From Candidatus Poribacteria bacterium (lineage in GTDB: Bacteria > Poribacteria > WGA-4E > WGA-3G), in NCBI GenBank assembly GCA_965205025.1, contig CBDBFU010000021.1, forward strand, positions 32,001-96,000: a stretch of 64,000 nt of DNA. Reading direction: 5' to 3'. The notes below the pieces were generated by a model. It made no database searches, was not told the DNA's origin, and saw only the letters and a program-made list of their open reading frames with translations. A program made the translations under genes and the position numbers. This document shows, in pieces, positions 28,228 to 39,236 of this stretch. Positions within the stretch are counted from its first letter, which is position 1, and every line of letters starts with the position of its first letter.

Positions 28228-29667
28228 TTATGTAAGGATATCCCGTACAACATGTCCGTGGACATCTGTAAGACGGAAATCTCTACCTTGGAAACGGTAA
28301 GTCAATTTTTCATGATCAATTCCTAATAGATGTAACATGGTAGCGTGGAAATCGTGTACATGAACGATATTTTCAACAGCGTTATATCCTAATTCATCTG
28401 TATTTCCATAACTAATTCCACCTTGGACACCACCACCTGCCATCCACATAGAGAATCCTTTTATGTGATGATCACGTCCACTTCCTTGAGCCATAGGTGT
28501 TCTTCCAAACTCTCCACCCCATATTACTAAGGTATCCTCTAACATTCCGCGTTGTTTTAAATCATTAACTAATGCAGCTGTTGCCTTATCAACATAACCT
28601 GCAGTTGTCTTAATAGCATTTTGTATTCCACCGTGATGATCCCAACCACGGTGATAAAGTTGTATGAAACGTACACCACGTTCAGCTAATCTCCGAGCAA
28701 GTAGGCAGTTTGATGCATACGAACCATCCCCAGGTTTGGCACCATACATATCAAGTATGTCTTGTGGTTCATCAGATACATCAGTTAATTCTGGTACACT
28801 TGTTTGCATTCGGAAAGCCATCTCATATTGATTAATGCGTGTGGCAATTGTAGGATCATCAACAGTTTCATTCAGAATGTTATTTAATGATTGTACTGTC
28901 CCTACAACATCTTTCTGTTGTTCTGAAGAAACCCCATTTGGATTAGAAACATAATGAACAGGATCACCAGTTGAATGGAATTGAACTCCCTGGAATTGTC
29001 CTGGGAGAAATCCGCTATGCCATTGTCGGTTTGCTATCGGTTGATCTTGACCACCGCCAGACGAAATGAGAACAACATACCCGGGTAGGTTTTCATTTTC
29101 ACTCCCTAGACCATAGAGTAGCCATGAACCCATGCTGGGTCTACCAGATATTGCAGTTCCAGTATTCATGAATGTATGTGCAGGATCATGGTTAATTTGT
29201 TCTGTTTTTAATGAGCGTATGATACAAATATCATCTGCCAGACTACCAATATGTGGAAATGCAGAACTCATTTCCTGTCCTGATTCACCATATTTCTTAA
29301 ATTCATGTGTTGGACCAAGACATTTGAGTGCATTTGCTTGTCCTTGTAGTTGTGCAATCGGCTGTCCTTTAGTGTATGACATAGGCATAGGTTGTCCATG
29401 CATTTCAGCAAGTTTAGGTTTGTAATCCAATGTCTCTAAATGTGATGGACCGCCTGCCATACAAAGATGTATAACCCTTTTTGCTTTTGGAATAACATGT
29501 GGCTCGGTTATAATTCCTTTCCACTGTTCGATCTTTGGAGCTGCACTTATAAGTGCTGGTGACAACAAAGATGCAAGTGCTAATGAACCGATTCCACGGA
29601 CTGATTTTCCTAAGAACGTACGCCTTGTTAGTTGAAGTTTTACCTTTTCATTGATATCTAATGACAT
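28228..29667 (-). CDS. DUF1501 domain protein (Tat signal)
   Basis: TRRTFL, MAGGPSH, CLLARRLAERGVRF, WDHH and GEFGRTP. Confidence 0.93.
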   Translation of the reverse strand: MSLDINEKVKLQLTRRTFLGKSVRGIGSLALASLLSPALISAAPKIEQWKGIITEPHVIPKAKRVIHLCMAGGPSHLETLDYKPKLAEMHGQPMPMSYTKGQPIAQLQGQANALKCLGPTHEFKKYGESGQEMSSAFPHIGSLADDICIIRSLKTEQINHDPAHTFMNTGTAISGRPSMGSWLLYGLGSENENLPGYVVLISSGGGQDQPIANRQWHSGFLPGQFQGVQFHSTGDPVHYVSNPNGVSSEQQKDVVGTVQSLNNILNETVDDPTIATRINQYEMAFRMQTSVPELTDVSDEPQDILDMYGAKPGDGSYASNCLLARRLAERGVRFIQLYHRGWDHHGGIQNAIKTTAGYVDKATAALVNDLKQRGMLEDTLVIWGGEFGRTPMAQGSGRDHHIKGFSMWMAGGGVQGGISYGNTDELGYNAVENIVHVHDFHATMLHLLGIDHEKLTYRFQGRDFRLTDVHGHVVRDILT

Positions 29668-29802
29668 ACTTGATACCTCCTATTTATATTTTGCCTTCAC
29701 AACAGTGTGCGAGTTTGATTAACGTATCAAAAGATTCTGCGTGGATTTAGGGAATGGTTATTACTGTTTATACCCAACTCACGTTAATCGTATGTATTCA
29801 TA

Positions 29803-30174
29803 TTAAAATCCTTCTACAACAAACTTTATTACTTGGTATATTGGCCATTGAAAAATAAAATATAATAACCAAACGAACCCAAAGATAAATAGAAAAAATC
29901 CAATGAATGCAGCTTTTGGACTCTTTTTTAACTTTGAAGCGAATTCCTCATCCTCTATATCAAGGGAATCATTCTTGGCATGGATAGCAACTTTTGACCC
30001 CACCCATATACCTGCTAATATTGAAATTATTAATGTTAGTCTGAAGAAACCACGTTTCCAATTGATTTTCTTGTCTTGGTTCTCTGAATTATCATCAGTA
30101 AATTCGTAATAGATACCGGTACCTATACCTATTATTACAAATATAATTCCAAGCAGTATTAAGTTCTTCCCCAC
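29803..30174 (-). CDS. Hypothetical membrane protein
   Basis: Three hydrophobic segments, NWKRGFFRL. Confidence 0.6.
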   Translation of the reverse strand: MGKNLILLGIIFVIIGIGTGIYYEFTDDNSENQDKKINWKRGFFRLTLIISILAGIWVGSKVAIHAKNDSLDIEDEEFASKLKKSPKAAFIGFFLFIFGFVWLLYFIFQWPIYQVIKFVVEGF

Positions 30175-30256
30175 GAGATTGTATTTCCTTATGGTTGTAT
30201 CAAATTTTAATTTTTAATATCTGCATAGTACTCTATACAAGCAAATCTTTGAAATA

Positions 30257-30541
30257 TTATGCTAATTTTGATCTACGGTTTCGCATATAGGTAATTATTA
30301 CATAAGGTATCCATATCAGGACAATAGGTAATACTACTGTTAATAGTAAGTCAAAGATCATTGACATTACATAAGAAAAATCTTTGGGAATAAAAACTCC
30401 TGCAATATCTCTTTTTTTAACGTAATATAACTGACGGAGATGAAAGAAAACCATCGTATGTTTTACAGTTGTTACTAAAATTACAAAAGATAGGATTAAT
30501 GTAAAAAAGAAGTAGACTCTTAGATATATATTTGATCTCAT
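30257..30541 (-). CDS. Hypothetical membrane protein
   Basis: Two hydrophobic segments. Confidence 0.5.
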   Translation of the reverse strand: MRSNIYLRVYFFFTLILSFVILVTTVKHTMVFFHLRQLYYVKKRDIAGVFIPKDFSYVMSMIFDLLLTVVLPIVLIWIPYVIITYMRNRRSKLA

Positions 30542-30675
30542 AGTATTCTGTTCTTAGAAGAGAATTAACCTGATGTCGGTTTAAAAATCATCAGTTTCAA
30601 TAACATTTTATTCCTACTTACATCGGTTTTGATTAAATCCTATTCTGTTAAGACAACGCAAGTTGCCCTATTTAC

Positions 30676-30746
30676 CACATAGCATTCCGCTGGAGTGCGG
30701 GATGTTGGTATAACTTTTTCTATAGACATATCACCCCTCTGGGGTG
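30676..30746. repeat. REP-like hairpin doublet
   Basis: gcattccgctggagtgc and cacccctctggggtg. Confidence 0.7.
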
Positions 30747-30846
30747 GGAAAGAGTCTGAAAAATCGTGTTGAAACTACCAAAATCCATTAGAAACAAATT
30801 AGGTTATGATAACGCGCTTACTCGTTATCGGAAAAATCTATAAAAA

Positions 30847-33800
30847 TTAATATCGTGTTATTGTTTCATGTAGATTTAAAATCACACGCGCTACGGAAGT
30901 CCATGCAGCATGTTCTGGGGTATCTATACCTTGAATTTGTGGTGCCTCGCCAGTAGATATGAGTTGATTTGCTGATTCTGGATTCTGAGCAAATTGCATT
31001 TTGTGCTTTTCAAACATTCCAGTAATCAGTTCTAATTCGTTAGGATTTGGTAATCGAGATAGAGATTGTTTATATGCCCAATTAATACGATCCTCTGGTG
31101 TTTCACCACCCTCTTTAATGATTCGAGCTGCATACATTCGAGCTGCTTCAACATAGGTTGGATCATTAAGTAATGTCAATGCTTGCATAGGCGTATTAGA
31201 TGAAGCTCGTTCTGCAGTACATTCTTGTCTACTTGGGGCATCAAATGCCATCATACTTGGATGAAGGAATGTTCGCTGCCAATGTGTGTATAAACCTCGT
31301 CGATATTGACTTTCACCTTTATCATGTACATATTTACGTTTTGGGAAGTTCAGGTTTGAGTAATATCCTACAGGTTGATAGGGTCTGACACTTGGACCTC
31401 CAATTTTATCTTCAAGTAAACCACTGAGTAATAATGCATTGTCTCTAACAATTTCAGCATCTAAACGCCAGTTAGATTGACGTGCAATGAGTCGATTGTA
31501 TGGATCTTTTTCCTGCAAAACATTATTGTGTTTTGAAGATTGACGATACGCATTTGAAGAAACAAGTAATTTTACCATGTGCTTAACATTCCACCCGCTT
31601 TCCATGAATTCAACTGCTAACCAATCAAGAAGTTCGGAATGTACAGGTGGTTCACCTTGAGCTCCAAGGTCATCAAGAACACGAGAAATACCAGTTCCAA
31701 AATAGAGTGCCCATAGACGATTAACAAATGTACGTGCTGTTAGAGGATTCTCTCTTGAAACAACCCATTTAGCAAGATCCAGTCGTGTAGAACGTCTGTT
31801 ATTTATACCGAGATCACCCATGAATTCAGGTATCATAGGATCAACTATATCCCCTGAATCGTCTAACCAATTACCTCTCGGTAGAATCCGTGTAGTACGA
31901 GGTTGAACAGAAACAGTCGTTAGAGAATATGGACTTTGTGCCCTTATCTCCGCTTTCCTTTTTTCTAATGTAGCAATCTCATTTCGGATTCCATCCAGCG
32001 CAGGTGCGATGGTCTTATAGTAATCTTCAATCTGTTTTCTTTGGTTTGTTGTTCTAACGAATGGATCAACCTGTATTGCTTTTATGACATTTGCATCATG
32101 TGAGTTTTTTGTAACGAAACCGAGTGTTGTTGTAATACCTGCGATATCCCAATAGGCTTTTCCACCAAACTGTGTGAATGCCATACCATTTAGAACACTA
32201 CCTGTATTTAGACCTACAATCTCAGGATCAACTTCAAGCCGAACCCATTCACCCAGTTTCGGAAGTTCCCCCATCGGTTTATGTGCAGGCGTGTCATTCC
32301 CAATTTCTCCATAGGTGATTTTGTCTTCACCCCAGAATGCACGATGATCCCAATTGCCGTCATTCCATTGAAGCATAATTGTTTTGGGTGGGTTTTCAGG
32401 ATCTAACCAGACATAAGCATACAGTTTATCACCATCATTTAAAGTGAATTTTCTATTCGCATTATGGAAGCTATGTTGTACAAGTTGATCTGGATTTGCT
32501 GTTTGAAGTCGTGAATATTTCTTACTGAAGACAGGAGCTTCAGTTTTTTCAACAAAGTTCCATTTGCCATCAGTTCTACCGCCATTAGATTGTACATCGT
32601 CAACCCAAGCGAAATCTGCAGGATCAGTTGAGGAAAGGAGTGGTTTAAGTTCATCTTCCCACTTTTTCTGTTCAGACTGTAATCCTGGGGATGACAAATC
32701 AAAAACCTTTCGTAATCTAATCAAATCATCATCAATTTTATCTAATTCAGATTGTTGTTCAGGAGTAGGTAGCATCACAACTGGATCCCACTTACTTCCG
32801 CCACGATATACTCCTGGACCTTCAACATCAGCAAAAAACGCTGCAAAACTATAGAAGTCTTTAGCGGTATATGGATCAAATTTATGGTCGTGACATTGTG
32901 CGCAGCCGAGGGTTGCACCTAACCAGACGGATGCAGTGGTTCGTACACGGTCAGCAGCATATATTGTTAGGTATTCTTTCGCTTGTGCACCCCCTTCCGC
33001 AGTAGTTTGTATTAGTCTGTTATATCCAGATGCAACCTTTTGATCCGGCGTAGCGTTAGGCAGGAGATCTCCCGCTAAATTCTCTATAGTAAATTGGTTA
33101 AATGGCATATTTTCATTGAATGCATTAATTACATAATCTCTATAGGGCCAGACACTAACATTTTCATCGGAATGGTATCCACTTGTATCAGCATATCGAA
33201 CAAGGTCTAACCAGTAAATCGCCATTTTTTCACCAAACTGTGGTTTTGTAAGTAAGCGATTAACCAATTCTTCATAGGCTTGAGGACGTTTATCCCTTAT
33301 AAATTGCTCTACTTCTCCAGATGGTGGTAATAATCCTGTTAAATCAAAATATAATCTACGTATAAGTGTTCGTTTATCAGCTTGGGTTGATGGTGTAAGT
33401 GCTTCATTTTCTAAATTACTGAGAATGAAGTTATCTATAGGATTGTGTATCCAATCAGTATTTTGTACTTCAGGAGGATCAATTCGTTGAGGAGGGTTAT
33501 ATGCCCAATGTTCTTCCCATTCTGCCCCTTCTGCAATCCACTGTATTATGGTATCAATCTGTTCTTGGGTAGGTTGTCGATTTTGAGATTGAGGTGGCAT
33601 TCTTGTATCAAGATTTTCATGTGTGATTCGTAATACCAATTCACTGTTTTCTGGTTCTCCAGGAACAATAATTGGATAGCCGCTTGGTTCAGAGAATGCT
33701 CCTTCTTTAATGTCAAGTCGTAAGTCTGCTTGTCGTGTGGCTGGGTCAGGACCGTGGCATGCAAAACATTTATCAGACAAGATGGGTAGAACATCTCTGT

Positions 33801-33933
33801 CAAATTTTATTTTCTTTGCATTTACAACTTCTACATGTATTGTTAATATCAGAAGAATTAGAATGAACAAACTAAAGAATCTACATAACTGTAAATAAGA
33901 AAATAACTTTGTTTCATTTTTGCGGTGAAACAT
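30847..33933 (-). CDS. PSD1 / planctomycete cytochrome c protein (DUF1549 + DUF1553)
   Basis: CFACHG and CAQCHDHK haem motifs, WLDLVRYADTSG, NPLTARTFVNRLW and NTPMQALTLLN. Confidence 0.93.
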   Translation of the reverse strand: MFHRKNETKLFSYLQLCRFFSLFILILLILTIHVEVVNAKKIKFDRDVLPILSDKCFACHGPDPATRQADLRLDIKEGAFSEPSGYPIIVPGEPENSELVLRITHENLDTRMPPQSQNRQPTQEQIDTIIQWIAEGAEWEEHWAYNPPQRIDPPEVQNTDWIHNPIDNFILSNLENEALTPSTQADKRTLIRRLYFDLTGLLPPSGEVEQFIRDKRPQAYEELVNRLLTKPQFGEKMAIYWLDLVRYADTSGYHSDENVSVWPYRDYVINAFNENMPFNQFTIENLAGDLLPNATPDQKVASGYNRLIQTTAEGGAQAKEYLTIYAADRVRTTASVWLGATLGCAQCHDHKFDPYTAKDFYSFAAFFADVEGPGVYRGGSKWDPVVMLPTPEQQSELDKIDDDLIRLRKVFDLSSPGLQSEQKKWEDELKPLLSSTDPADFAWVDDVQSNGGRTDGKWNFVEKTEAPVFSKKYSRLQTANPDQLVQHSFHNANRKFTLNDGDKLYAYVWLDPENPPKTIMLQWNDGNWDHRAFWGEDKITYGEIGNDTPAHKPMGELPKLGEWVRLEVDPEIVGLNTGSVLNGMAFTQFGGKAYWDIAGITTTLGFVTKNSHDANVIKAIQVDPFVRTTNQRKQIEDYYKTIAPALDGIRNEIATLEKRKAEIRAQSPYSLTTVSVQPRTTRILPRGNWLDDSGDIVDPMIPEFMGDLGINNRRSTRLDLAKWVVSRENPLTARTFVNRLWALYFGTGISRVLDDLGAQGEPPVHSELLDWLAVEFMESGWNVKHMVKLLVSSNAYRQSSKHNNVLQEKDPYNRLIARQSNWRLDAEIVRDNALLLSGLLEDKIGGPSVRPYQPVGYYSNLNFPKRKYVHDKGESQYRRGLYTHWQRTFLHPSMMAFDAPSRQECTAERASSNTPMQALTLLNDPTYVEAARMYAARIIKEGGETPEDRINWAYKQSLSRLPNPNELELITGMFEKHKMQFAQNPESANQLISTGEAPQIQGIDTPEHAAWTSVARVILNLHETITRY

Positions 33934-34069
33934 TTATACAACTCCTCCTCAGAAGTTTAGACAAGGAATGGTGAAAACTAATGTTTATATAATGTGTAAT
34001 TTATCATAAAAGTAAAATATGTGCAATTCAATTCATTTTTTTTGAGCAGTATATCCATTTTAATCCTAA

Positions 34070-34430
34070 TACCAATTTTACTTAATTAGTTCACATTAAT
34101 AGCAGATTGGAAAAGCCAATTTAGATTATAGTAAACTTTAGATTTAATTAGACACTTTACTTGTAGGAGCGACCTCCTGGTCGCGACCGGGAGGTCGCTC
34201 CTACAGAAGAGGGTGGGACGCGAACGTAAGTTGAGCCAATAGAAAATGTAGTATTCATTTTATTGTTTACTATAAATGGAATTCTATAAACATTCCGTCC
34301 CTATGGGACTCAAGATAGTAGATAATCACGTTTTCTATAGACATTTCGTCCCTACGGGACTCATAAGTTTGTATATGATAATCCTTGTATCGCGTAAGTC
34401 AGAATATAAATCTATCAATTGTAAATGGTA
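34070..34430. mobile_element. Composite MITE containing a GTAG hairpin and a REP doublet
   Basis: tacca...tggta ends; gtaggagcgacctcctggtcgcgaccgggaggtcgctcctac; two acatt.cgtcccta.gggact copies. Confidence 0.6.
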
Positions 34431-34458
34431 TAATTATGTATATATCTAATTGAAATAC

Positions 34459-34490
34459 ATTATACTTTAGAGTATTATACTTTAGAGTAT
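34459..34490 (+). promoter_or_regulatory. Tandem 15-bp near-palindromic repeat (putative operator)
   Basis: attatactttagagt x2 about 10 bp upstream of the aggagg RBS. Confidence 0.5.
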
Positions 34491-34514
34491 ATTATTTGCA
34501 AGGAGGAATATGAA

Positions 34515-35933
34515 ATGTTCTTAAACCGTGAATCAGAATTAGAAGCATTGGAACAGATGTATCAATCTGGTAATGCCGAATTCTTTGTATTATATGGCAG
34601 ACGAAGAGTTGGAAAAACTGAACTATTATTACAGTTTTGTAAAGAGAAAAAGAGTATATACTTTGTTGCGAGTCAACTAAATGAACAAGATCATCTACGC
34701 CAATTAAATGAGCTTGCAAGGAACATAATTGATGACCCGTTACTTCAAAGTATGACATTCACGGATTGGGAAACAGCATTAATATATTTTGCACAGAAGT
34801 CACAGGAGGAACGTTTAATAATTGTACTTGATGAATTTCAGTATCTATGTGAAGACAATACAGCACTTCCTTCACTTCTTCAACGTTTTTGGGATTTATA
34901 TGGTAGAAACAGTAATTTATTCTTAATTTTATGTGGTTCACAAGTTAGTTTCATGGAACGTGAGGTATTAGCTGAGCAATCACCACTGTTTGGACGGAGA
35001 ACTGGTCAATTACAATTAATGCCATTATCCTATAGGAATAGTACACTATTTTTTCCGGGTTACAACACAAAAGAGAAAATCATGGTATATAACATTCTTG
35101 GTGGAATACCTGCCTATCTTAATCGTTTTGAGATAGGTTCATCAAGGAAGTCGCAACAAAACCTTGATAATCCAATAAAACATAATGTTATCAATGAGAT
35201 GCTCACACCTCAAGGATATTTATTTGATGAAGTTAACTTTTTGTTACGGATGGAACTTAGAGACATTAGAACTTATAGCAGTGTTCTTCAAGCTATTGCA
35301 GGTGGAGCGACACGGATCAATGAGATATCACAAAGGGTGAACCTTGATCAAGCCAAAACGAATAAATACTTGAGTGTTCTGAGAGATTTAGGATTGGTTA
35401 ACCGTATTATTCCAATAACCGAACGTGCACCAGAAAAAAGTAGAAAAGGAATATATAAGATCTCTGATAATTATCTGAATTTCTGGTATCGGTTTGTACT
35501 CCCTAACAGGAGTCTAATTGAAACTGGAAATAGTCAATTGGTATACCAACAGTTAATAGAACCATTTTTATCCGATTACATGGGACCATTATTTGAAGAG
35601 GTATGCCGACAATATGTATCTCTATATTGGGAGGAGAAACTTAAGATTGCTCCGTTGAGAATTGGTTCACATTGGGAGGTTAATTGTGAAATTGACTTAT
35701 TGACTCATAATACGGATGGTAGTCACTGGTTTGGAGAATGTAAGTGGTGGAATAAACCAGTAGGTATAAACGTACTCAATCAATTAATAGATAAATCTAC
35801 GCAAGTTTCAGAAGAGTGGAGAGAAAATCCAAGATATATACTGTTTTCTTTAAGTGGTTTTACGGAATCTTTAAGACAGATGGCGATAAATGATGATGTG
35901 AGTTTAATTGACCTTGATGATCTTCTTGATTAA
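34515..35933 (+). CDS. Archaeal-type ATPase with wHTH and DUF234/PD-(D/E)xK domain
   Basis: FLNRESEL, YGRRRVGKT, LDEFQY, GGIPAY and EIDL...GECKW. Confidence 0.9.
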   Translation: MFLNRESELEALEQMYQSGNAEFFVLYGRRRVGKTELLLQFCKEKKSIYFVASQLNEQDHLRQLNELARNIIDDPLLQSMTFTDWETALIYFAQKSQEERLIIVLDEFQYLCEDNTALPSLLQRFWDLYGRNSNLFLILCGSQVSFMEREVLAEQSPLFGRRTGQLQLMPLSYRNSTLFFPGYNTKEKIMVYNILGGIPAYLNRFEIGSSRKSQQNLDNPIKHNVINEMLTPQGYLFDEVNFLLRMELRDIRTYSSVLQAIAGGATRINEISQRVNLDQAKTNKYLSVLRDLGLVNRIIPITERAPEKSRKGIYKISDNYLNFWYRFVLPNRSLIETGNSQLVYQQLIEPFLSDYMGPLFEEVCRQYVSLYWEEKLKIAPLRIGSHWEVNCEIDLLTHNTDGSHWFGECKWWNKPVGINVLNQLIDKSTQVSEEWRENPRYILFSLSGFTESLRQMAINDDVSLIDLDDLLD

Positions 35934-35942
35934 TGTGATATA

Positions 35943-37358
35943 TTAATTAATTGGTTGATGTGGATCAATAAAACTATTGTTTTTATCCTTTTGTCGTGGT
36001 GATGGTAATGCGTTTATTTTTGACTGTAGTATTGATAGTTTTTCGGTATAATTTGGATTATCAATAAGATTATTATTCTCGGATGGATCATTAGATAAAT
36101 CGAAGAGTTGATCTTGCCAACCTTTATCATTATCAAATCGAAAATACTTTAGATTTCCTTCTTTTACCATTACAGAAGGACCATTTTGTGCACGCCATAG
36201 TTCACTGTATACAGTATTATCCCAATCCAGAGTTTCATTCTGAATTAGAGGGACAAGTGATTTTCCATCAAGTTCTTCAGGTGCAGGAATATCTGATAAT
36301 TCACATAATGTTGGAAATAGGTCTACTAAGGAAACATTTTCCTCAACTATATTCTGTGCTAAACCAAATCTTTCTGGGTTCCATATAGAAAGTGGTACGC
36401 GAACAGATGGTTCAAAATAACTCTGTTTCTCCCATAACCCTTTTGTCCCTAACATCTCACCGTGGTCAGAGAGAAAGACGATTATAAAATCATCAAGTAC
36501 ATTCAAATGTTCTAATTTCTCAATTACCCGTCCAAATTGCATATCCATCCATTCTATCATACCGTAATAAGCTGCAGTTGCCCTATGTGCTTGCCGGTAT
36601 GTAACATCCTTCCCTACTTCAACTCTAAAGAAGTTATCATAGTCAAAATTCTCATTTGGGTCTTCGATAATAGGTTCAACCCGTTGCATATAATAGTTAA
36701 ACAGATCAAGTGGACATTGGTATGGATAATGAGGTGCTATTAAACTCACAGCCATACAGAGTGGATTTGCTTTTGGTCTATCATAAGAAGCATTAACAAA
36801 ATACTCTTCAAGGAAGAGAAGTGCCCCATCAACATTGTATTGATCATGAAGCATCCAATGTCCAATTCCCGGTTGTGCATCACGGATCTCCTGTACGACT
36901 TTGTTCTGTTTCATTCCTGTTCCAGGTTCACGGTCAATCTGGGCTGTATATTCGTCCTTAACAGGTGGGTATGGATACCCGTTATTACCAATGATATCGC
37001 GTCCAATCCGCTCATGCCATCCATGCATAACATCCTGTCCAACAAAGTGCATTTTTCCGGCACAGCATGAATAGTAGCCATAATTACCTAAATGTCCAGG
37101 TATAGTACGAACTTCGGTTGGCATTGGATCACCGAAGTTTAGACAACCACTATTACGAGGGTAGAGTCCAGATAAGAAACTTTGTCTTGCAGGAACACAA
37201 ACTGGAGAGGGAGTATATGCATTTCTAAAATATGTGCCTTCATTGATAAAACGAGATAATGTAGGTATTCTTATGACAGGATCATTTTCAATAGGTAAGA
37301 TATCAGGTCGGTGTTCATCATTGATTAATAATAGAATATGTGGTTTCTTTGTAGACAT
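35943..37358 (-). CDS. Sulfatase (choline-sulfatase-like)
   Basis: CVPARQS, GKMH, PHYP and SDHGEMLG. Confidence 0.92.
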   Translation of the reverse strand: MSTKKPHILLLINDEHRPDILPIENDPVIRIPTLSRFINEGTYFRNAYTPSPVCVPARQSFLSGLYPRNSGCLNFGDPMPTEVRTIPGHLGNYGYYSCCAGKMHFVGQDVMHGWHERIGRDIIGNNGYPYPPVKDEYTAQIDREPGTGMKQNKVVQEIRDAQPGIGHWMLHDQYNVDGALLFLEEYFVNASYDRPKANPLCMAVSLIAPHYPYQCPLDLFNYYMQRVEPIIEDPNENFDYDNFFRVEVGKDVTYRQAHRATAAYYGMIEWMDMQFGRVIEKLEHLNVLDDFIIVFLSDHGEMLGTKGLWEKQSYFEPSVRVPLSIWNPERFGLAQNIVEENVSLVDLFPTLCELSDIPAPEELDGKSLVPLIQNETLDWDNTVYSELWRAQNGPSVMVKEGNLKYFRFDNDKGWQDQLFDLSNDPSENNNLIDNPNYTEKLSILQSKINALPSPRQKDKNNSFIDPHQPIN

Positions 37359-37396
37359 GGTCGAGGTACAAATAAAAATAGTTCAGGAGAATACTC

Positions 37397-38155
37397 TTAA
37401 TGCAAGGACATCAGACCTTCGGCACCGGGAATGTGTTTTTTCTCAAATTCAGGCGTAATCCACCTTGCTCCAGCATCTTTGCCCGGATTACGGTAAGCAT
37501 AAACGACAGTCCATCGCGTATCACTGTCTGGTTTTCTTGGATTTACTGCATGGGCAGCATGAGTCCACATTAAAACAACAGTTCCAGTTGGAACAGATAA
37601 TTCCTCTATCTCTAAAGGATTACCTGTTTCTGGGTGTGTTTTCCCAGCTAACCACCCTTCACGCAAGGCATTATCTGTTGCACCATGTATTTTAGGGTCT
37701 CTATAAAGATGACTCCCTGGTACAACTTTCAAGCCACCATCATCTGCTTCAAATCCATTAACATAGAAGAATATACGGACAAAACCGTAGCGTGGGTCAT
37801 CTTCAGAATATCCATGACTATGCCAACCAATACCCCCATTACCTCCTGGACGGTTGAGACTTACACAGTGGTCATATCGTATTTCATCACCAAGTACTTC
37901 ACGTGCAAGTTTTAGCATCTGCGGGTGTCCGATTAGACTTTCAAGATAGGTATCATATTCAGCAGAAAACCTGTTTGGTTCATGTCCTTCTTTACATCCG
38001 GGTATGAGTGATTGTATCCGATCCAAAGATTCTGTCAGGTGTTTCTGTGCATTATCAGTCAATAGACTTGGTAATGCATAATGACCATCAAAATCTAATT
38101 CCTTTCTTTCCTGATCACCAAATGTATAATCATGAAAAATGGGAATCTGATGCAT
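37397..38155 (-). CDS. Phytanoyl-CoA dioxygenase (PhyH) family protein
   Basis: GWHSH, GLKVVPGSH and HA...R; HxH in place of HxD. Confidence 0.82.
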   Translation of the reverse strand: MHQIPIFHDYTFGDQERKELDFDGHYALPSLLTDNAQKHLTESLDRIQSLIPGCKEGHEPNRFSAEYDTYLESLIGHPQMLKLAREVLGDEIRYDHCVSLNRPGGNGGIGWHSHGYSEDDPRYGFVRIFFYVNGFEADDGGLKVVPGSHLYRDPKIHGATDNALREGWLAGKTHPETGNPLEIEELSVPTGTVVLMWTHAAHAVNPRKPDSDTRWTVVYAYRNPGKDAGARWITPEFEKKHIPGAEGLMSLH

Positions 38156-38274
38156 AGAATCTCTCCTTTATAAATAGAACTCTCATAAAATGTTGTTCTG
38201 TTAAGTCTATAATTTGAAAGACAAAACAGAACAACAAGAAATAGATACAATTATTACTAAGTATTTGTACAGGA

Positions 38275-39072
38275 CTAATAGACCTTAATGTTCGACCAAG
38301 TTGTTGTAAGTTTATCAGATGGATCAACATTTGCAGCCATTTCTAATCCTTCATTCATGATAGTTTCAATATCATCATCTGACAATGCAACATTGAAGAT
38401 AGCAACATCATCAATAATTCCATTAAGAAAAGAACCCCATTGAGCATGTTGTCCAGTAGCCAGATATATCCCAATTAAAAATGGTTTGTCAGTAAGAGGA
38501 TTTCTTCCTAAGTTTGGAGCAGTGACACCTGATGCAGTTTGTTTAGAATCTATATAGACTCCAAATTCCTCACCATCCCAAGTAACGGCAAAATGATGCC
38601 AATCCGTATCTGGATTCCACGCTGCATCTATATAGTGGAGTGAAGCGGGTGGATCATGTGTGTGATGACGGATAGTAGTCGCATTCCACCAAAACCCTGG
38701 TGCCCAATCATCTTTGGTGACAACTGCCATACCAGCAGCTGGAACTGTATCCAATTTAACCCAAAGTGCTATAGTATGTTCACCACCAACTAATAAGGTT
38801 TCGTCGTGTGGGATCTCAACATAATCATCAGATCCATCAAGACTCACACCTTTTCCATACTTCCCATTAACCCATTTTGCTCCACCGTGAATCTTACCAT
38901 TATTGTCTTTTCCAGAGGCATCCTTGGCTTCGTTACCAGCACCCTCATTAAAGTATAACATTGCGACACAATCTTCAAAATCAATTTTTGCTGAACAAAT
39001 CCTAATAAATGCCAGATTAATAAGAATTAAACTAACACATAATGGTATTATCCGTAATACTGTGGTTTTCAT
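38275..39072 (-). CDS. Secreted LamG-like jellyroll protein
   Basis: FNEGAG...DASG, WHHFAVTWDG, GIIDDVAIFN; C-terminal VDPSDKLTTTWSNIK. Confidence 0.9.
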   Translation of the reverse strand: MKTTVLRIIPLCVSLILINLAFIRICSAKIDFEDCVAMLYFNEGAGNEAKDASGKDNNGKIHGGAKWVNGKYGKGVSLDGSDDYVEIPHDETLLVGGEHTIALWVKLDTVPAAGMAVVTKDDWAPGFWWNATTIRHHTHDPPASLHYIDAAWNPDTDWHHFAVTWDGEEFGVYIDSKQTASGVTAPNLGRNPLTDKPFLIGIYLATGQHAQWGSFLNGIIDDVAIFNVALSDDDIETIMNEGLEMAANVDPSDKLTTTWSNIKVY

Positions 39073-39236
39073 GACTTATTCTCCTATATTTTTTAGACTT
39101 CCCATCTCTTGGTTTACCAATTGTATGTTATTCCTCAATAAGGTCAAGTTCATGTAAGTTGTTATATATAAGTATATAGAGATATAATAACTACTTCAAA
39201 TTAAATCTGTTTACTACTTTATTGTATAGGATATTT

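Noticed and set aside
29700-30850. Integron cassette array
   Set aside because: No integron integrase, and no convincing RYYYAAC...GTTRRRY attC structure identified
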